A stretch of DNA of 64,000 nt from Endomicrobiales bacterium (lineage in GTDB: Bacteria > Elusimicrobiota > Endomicrobiia > Endomicrobiales > CAWCFT01), in assembly GCA_963794945.1 (NCBI GenBank), contig CAWCFT010000018.1:1-64000 (forward strand), given 5' to 3'. The notes beneath the pieces are model-generated. The model was not told the origin of the DNA. It was given only the letters and a program-made list of their open reading frames with translations, and did not search any database. How positions within the stretch are numbered: position 1 is the first letter of the stretch; each line of letters opens with the position of its first letter. Made by a program: the position numbers and the translations under genes. Shown here piece by piece: positions 59,813 to 64,000 of this stretch.

Positions 59813-60098
59813 CGGGCTTGAAGAAACGCTAGCCGTAGCACTTGACATGTCGGAAGGAAGGTTTGTCAAGAACGATAACTTCGCCGGAGAAAAATCGGTT
59901 GCGGATGCTGGCAAAGCCTTAGACGACAAGGTCTTGTCATGGAAGTCGATCCAAGACCAAAAGATAAAAACGGCACAGGCCGCAGAGATCGCCGGCCTCA
60001 TCATTCAATACGCCGATCCTCGCGTGAAAAAACTTGACAGAAATCGGCTCCGTGCGAGCGACCTGAAAAACACAAAGGCGATACTCGAAGCCGCATAA
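59793..60098 (+). CDS. Giant protein B C-terminal fragment
   Basis: This frame is open from ~59708 (QNVRLKDVFKQSLVSRIRARIELAGKRKMLG...) and ends NTKAILEAA-stop. Confidence 0.65.
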   Translation: MLGLENSGLEETLAVALDMSEGRFVKNDNFAGEKSVADAGKALDDKVLSWKSIQDQKIKTAQAAEIAGLIIQYADPRVKKLDRNRLRASDLKNTKAILEAA

Positions 60099-60177
60099 TG
60101 TTTTACGAGCAAATCCCCTCGCCGACGATACTGTGACATTCGACATCTTATTTTGCTCCATTTTTTCGGCCGCACAC

Positions 60178-60206
60178 TTGATTTAATCCCATTTCTTTAC
60201 TATCAT
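60178..60206 (+). promoter_or_regulatory. Possible sigma70 promoter of the efflux operon
   Basis: TTGATT-N17-TATCAT. Confidence 0.5.
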
Positions 60207-60291
60207 TAGAAACGTTGTTGAAACTTTACGTGAACAGAAAATGTCTAAATTTCAATGCTTTAATACCAAAAGGAAATACATAAATTTACTT

Positions 60292-61569
60292 ATGAAAATT
60301 AAGACGATTTTGTTGGTTGGTTTAGCCGTTTTGTTTTGCAGGTCTTTCGGTTTTACACAGGACACCATCCCATCCTCTCCCTTAAGCTGGGCCGAATGCG
60401 TTTCTATAGCATCCCGCAATAACCCCGCGCTTGCTGCGGCGTGGCATGCTTTAGAGACGAGCAAGGCAACATACTCCGGAAGTTACAACAGCATTTACCC
60501 TAATTTATCTTTGTCTCACACCTACTCAAATTCCGAGAACACGAACGGCGTGGGAAACACCATAGTCTGGCAAACCGAAGGCAGCGTGAACTGGAATATA
60601 TTTAACATGTCGCAGATCAATACTATAAAGATCTCGCAGGCTCAGGAAATACAAGCTGAAGCGACCCTTCGGCAGGCTTCCGCCTCCCTGCGTTACAGCC
60701 TCTCCGCAGCGTTTTATCAAGTGCTTTACGACCAGGAAAACATAGAAGTTTCAAAAAACGTTCTAGAGATGCGCGACAAATCGTCCCAATTGGTGACACT
60801 GCGATACGAATCCGGCACCGGATATAAGGGTGATATGCTGACAGCAAAAGCAGAGCTTTTTTCGGCCAAGGCAGACCTTGCCCAGGCAAACAGAAGTCTT
60901 CGTGCCGACCAGCGGGTTTTAAACCAGCAGCTTGGCTTTGACGAGTTTACGGTTATTAGCGTTACAAGCACGTTTACCGTGCACAACCCCGGAGACCTGC
61001 CTAAAGATTTCGAGTCACTATTAGCTAAGCGTCCGGACATAATTGCTCAATACGCGATATTAAAAATAGCTCAACTGAACTTGGACCAGGCCAAAAGCTC
61101 GCTTTGGCCCATTTTATCGGCAAGCTATTTGCTGTACAACTCAGGCCCAAATGAATTTCAGGAACCTCATTCCGGCTGGGGTTTAGGCCTCAGCTACCCG
61201 ATATTCGGCGGCGGCCCGACAGCTACTTACTACGCAATAACCGCTGCAAAAAGCAGCCTTGAACAAGCCACACAGAACATGCGCACTATCCGCGAACAGG
61301 CTCTTTCTAACATTGAAGCTGCCTGGTCAAATTTTGAAGGCGCGATAGACCAGACAAAAGTCCAAGCTGCGATGCTGGAGTCCGCAAGGGTGCGCAACGA
61401 CGAAGCCGATATCCGTTACAGCAGCGGCCTCATGACATATGACAACTGGGAGATAATCGCTTCTGCCCGCATTAGCCAGGAACATACGGCTATTCAGTCT
61501 CAATTAACCGCTTTAAATGCTGAAGCGGCATGGGCTCAATCTTTGGGCAAACAATTAGAAGAACAATAA
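60292..61569 (+). CDS. TolC-family outer membrane efflux protein
   Basis: Signal peptide MKIKTILLVG...; NNPAL, YPNLSL, RYESG, KRPDI, YSSG repeat pattern. Confidence 0.9.
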   Translation: MKIKTILLVGLAVLFCRSFGFTQDTIPSSPLSWAECVSIASRNNPALAAAWHALETSKATYSGSYNSIYPNLSLSHTYSNSENTNGVGNTIVWQTEGSVNWNIFNMSQINTIKISQAQEIQAEATLRQASASLRYSLSAAFYQVLYDQENIEVSKNVLEMRDKSSQLVTLRYESGTGYKGDMLTAKAELFSAKADLAQANRSLRADQRVLNQQLGFDEFTVISVTSTFTVHNPGDLPKDFESLLAKRPDIIAQYAILKIAQLNLDQAKSSLWPILSASYLLYNSGPNEFQEPHSGWGLGLSYPIFGGGPTATYYAITAAKSSLEQATQNMRTIREQALSNIEAAWSNFEGAIDQTKVQAAMLESARVRNDEADIRYSSGLMTYDNWEIIASARISQEHTAIQSQLTALNAEAAWAQSLGKQLEEQ

Positions 61570-61651
61570 ACAACGATTTCGGACCGAAAGGTTAATTTCG
61601 AAACAATGCCTGATTAATATTATGTTCCCGAATACCCAGGAGGAGCAGTAA

Positions 61652-62644
61652 ATGAAGAAATTACTTGTAATCTTTATCGTGGTCGCGGCGCTTGCCGGCG
61701 GCGGATGGTGGCTGTTTTCAGGCAAATCGAAAAAACACCAGTTTTCGGGGACTCAAACTATTACCGTCACACAAGGAACGATCAAACAAACCGTTGAAGC
61801 TACAGGCGCCATAACGCCTCTCAACAGGGTGGAGATAAAACCGCCCATAGGCGGCCGTATAGAACAACTTCTTGTACACGAAGGCGACAAGGTAAAAGAG
61901 GGCCAGATACTCGCATGGATGAGTTCAAGCGACAGGGCTGCTATCCTAGACGCGGCGCGCAGCCAGGGCCCGGATGAACTCAAAAAATGGGAAGACGATT
62001 ATAAAGCAACGCCTATTGTAGCTCCCTTATCCGGCGTTATAATACTAGAAAATGTTGTCGTGGGTCAGACAGTTGACGCGACTACGGTAATTTACGCTAT
62101 GTCCGATTACCTTATAGTCCTGGGCCAGGTTGACGAGTCGGATATCGGCAAGGTGCACGTTGGTATGCCGTCCATGATAACGCTCGACGCCTATCCCACC
62201 AAGGCCGTAGAAGGCAAAGTATTCGATATTCTTTATGAAGGCAAAAACGTTTCGAACGTTATTACATACGGTGTCAAAGTGAAAGTAGCGCATGTACCTG
62301 ACTTTTTCCGCTCCCAGATGACCGCGAACATAAGCTTTATAGTTAAAAGTAAGGATAACGCGGTGCTTGTGCCGGTTAGTGTGGTAAAAGACATGCCCAA
62401 CGGCACCAAAACCGTAACAGTTCCAGGTCCCAAAGGCAAACCGGAAATGAAGGTGGTAACCACCGGTATAGAAAGCAACGATAAAATTGAGATCACTTCT
62501 GGCCTTGAACCGGGCGATAAAATCCTCTTGTCCCGCGGCAAATATACGCCGCAACAGCCCCCTCAGTCTAGTCCTCTCGCGTTGGGAGGCTCCAGCAGGC
62601 CAGGCGGCAACAGCGGAGGACAGAACCGCTCATCGTCTCGCTAA
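61652..62644 (+). CDS. macA: MacA-like periplasmic adaptor (membrane fusion protein)
   Basis: N-terminal TM; GGRIEQLLVHEGDKVKEGQILA, APLSGVI, VDESDIGKV; AGGAGG RBS. Confidence 0.85.
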   Translation: MKKLLVIFIVVAALAGGGWWLFSGKSKKHQFSGTQTITVTQGTIKQTVEATGAITPLNRVEIKPPIGGRIEQLLVHEGDKVKEGQILAWMSSSDRAAILDAARSQGPDELKKWEDDYKATPIVAPLSGVIILENVVVGQTVDATTVIYAMSDYLIVLGQVDESDIGKVHVGMPSMITLDAYPTKAVEGKVFDILYEGKNVSNVITYGVKVKVAHVPDFFRSQMTANISFIVKSKDNAVLVPVSVVKDMPNGTKTVTVPGPKGKPEMKVVTTGIESNDKIEITSGLEPGDKILLSRGKYTPQQPPQSSPLALGGSSRPGGNSGGQNRSSSR

Positions 62645-62657
62645 GCTACAGGCACAT

Positions 62658-64000
62658 ATGTCAATAATCGAGTTAAACAATATCACGAAATCCTATTGGA
62701 TTGACGGCGAAGAGCTGAAGATCCTTAAAGGCATAAGCATAAAGATAGAACCGGGTGAGTTCGTAGCTATCATGGGTCCGTCGGGTTCGGGCAAATCCAC
62801 CATCATGCAAATTATGGGCCTGTTGGACAGGCCTACATCCGGGTCATACCACCTACTCGGACTTGATGTATCCAAACTTTCCGACGACGAAGGCGCGGCA
62901 ATCCGCTCAAAGACCATTGGATTTATTTTCCAGATGTTCAACCTCCTTGCGCGCACCAGCGCTGAAGATAACGTGATGCTTCCCATGATCTATTCAGGAT
63001 GCCCCGACCGTGTGGAGCGTTCGCGGGAACTTCTGACAACCGTTGGGCTTAAAGACAGGATGGACCACAAGCCCAACGAACTTTCTGGCGGACAACAGCA
63101 GCGTGTGGCCATTGCCCGCGCGCTCGTTAACAGTCCCATGATAATTTTTGCCGACGAACCCACCGGTAATCTTGCCTCGGACCAATCCGAAGAAATACTG
63201 CAAAGGCTTAAAGACCTCAATGCCAGCGGTATCACCATAATTCTTGTAACTCATGAACCTGATATTGCCGCGCATGCAAAAAGGATATTACATTTAAAAG
63301 ACGGAATGATAGTTTCAGATGAATTTACAAAAAATAACGTGCAAAATGATAAACGGTCTGATAAACCGGGGCTTGGTTCAGAATCACTTAAACATATAGA
63401 ACCGTCATTCGCATTGAGAATGGCCCAGTATAAGGAATACGGCGCTTCAGCCTTGAGAGCTATGGCATCGAACAAAGTGCGTAGTGGGCTTTCTATGCTA
63501 GGCATACTAATTGGAGTTGCCGCGGTTATCGCTATGCTCGCCGTCGGCAAAGGCGCCCAAAAAGCGGTTGAAGCGCGGCTGGCAAGCCTCGGCTCTAACC
63601 TGCTTATGATGCGGCCGGCAGGCGGCATGTTCGGCGGTGTGCGGGCCGCCGGGGGTTCCGTAAGCCGTCTCAGGCTTGAAGATGTGAAGGCCATTTCAAG
63701 CATACCTCATGTTAAACACGCCGAGGGCAATGTTCAGGGAAACGTTCAAGTAGTTTACAAAGACCAGAACACCAATACCAGGGCAACAGGCGCACCTTAC
63801 GTATACGAACAAATACACAACGCTACCCCTTATTACGGGCGTTTCTTCACAGAAAATGAAGACTTAAACCTTTCACGCGTCTGCTTGCTGGGACAGACAG
63901 TCATAAATAACCTTTTCGTCGGCAAGGAAGACCCCGTAGATAAAATTATAAAGGTCAACCACGATAATTACAGAGTCATAGGCGTCCTTCCGATGAAAGG
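62658..64000 (+). CDS. macB: MacB-type ABC transporter, fused ATPase plus permease (truncated by window edge, not in ORF track)
   Basis: [13 protein letters not shown]...GPSGSGKST...[15 protein letters not shown]...FADEPTGNL...VTHE...[28 protein letters not shown]. Confidence 0.92.
   Translation, partial: MSIIELNNITKSYWIDGEELKILKGISIKIEPGEFVAIMGPSGSGKSTIMQIMGLLDRPTSGSYHLLGLDVSKLSDDEGAAIRSKTIGFIFQMFNLLARTSAEDNVMLPMIYSGCPDRVERSRELLTTVGLKDRMDHKPNELSGGQQQRVAIARALVNSPMIIFADEPTGNLASDQSEEILQRLKDLNASGITIILVTHEPDIAAHAKRILHLKDGMIVSDEFTKNNVQNDKRSDKPGLGSESLKHIEPSFALRMAQYKEYGASALRAMASNKVRSGLSMLGILIGVAAVIAMLAVGKGAQKAVEARLASLGSNLLMMRPAGGMFGGVRAAGGSVSRLRLEDVKAISSIPHVKHAEGNVQGNVQVVYKDQNTNTRATGAPYVYEQIHNATPYYGRFFTENEDLNLSRVCLLGQTVINNLFVGKEDPVDKIIKVNHDNYRVIGVLPMK

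Larger units (their letters stand above)
24310..60098 (+). other. Giant gene B, reconstructed across 8 frameshifts; ~35.8 kb, ~11,900 aa
   Basis: Nine abutting or overlapping plus-strand ORFs with no intergenic space. Most breaks can be repaired by one base, with motifs continuing across them. Confidence 0.8.

Noticed and set aside
24310..60098. NRPS/PKS, RTX or adhesin identity for the giant genes
   Set aside because: No A/C/KS/ACP motifs, GGxGxD repeats or long Ig/cadherin repeat arrays were seen.
1..64000. Alternative genetic code or stop-codon readthrough
   Set aside because: The breaks are frame changes rather than in-frame stops, and ordinary genes end normally.
1..64000. tRNA, rRNA, transposase or integrase genes
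   Set aside because: None recognised by eye. The intergenic spaces are short and accounted for, but a covariance-model scan was not possible.

Overview
Bacterial DNA dominated by two paralogous, divergently transcribed giant genes that flank an ~7.5 kb housekeeping block. The lineage is not provable from the window; giant genes of this general kind are reported from Omnitrophota, and Elusimicrobiota is my guess. Giant gene A (minus strand, ATG 15353, runs off the left edge, >5,100 aa) and giant gene B (plus strand, 24310-60098, ~11,900 aa) appear as 6 and 9 ORF fragments. The breaks look like single-base indels, which also hit pfkA and other ordinary genes, so they are most likely assembly errors. 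Both proteins share a signal peptide and an N-terminal IQDLHCH...GGFH domain, then carry different strings of enzyme domains. A has B12 radical SAM, phosphoglucomutase, methyltransferase-like, glycosidase-like and 2H phosphoesterase domains. B has HExxH zincin, HAD, SpoT-type HD, three transglutaminase-like+TPR units, two GNAT, GT2, deaminase, 2H and HATPase domains plus several repeated unknown modules. The most striking unexplained feature is the identical upstream cassette on both genes: a sigma70 promoter, then a ~165 aa membrane leader ORF ending PPG...TM...NLPA, then a conserved three-hairpin RNA whose first hairpin is an intrinsic terminator with the leader stop codon in its loop. This suggests translation-coupled attenuation of giant gene expression. 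The middle block holds LPP20/COG3014/LpoB lipoproteins, a nucleotidyltransferase pair, tyrS, a cNMP-binding protein, pfkA and an HD-GYP response regulator. The right end holds a TolC-MacA-MacB-type operon.
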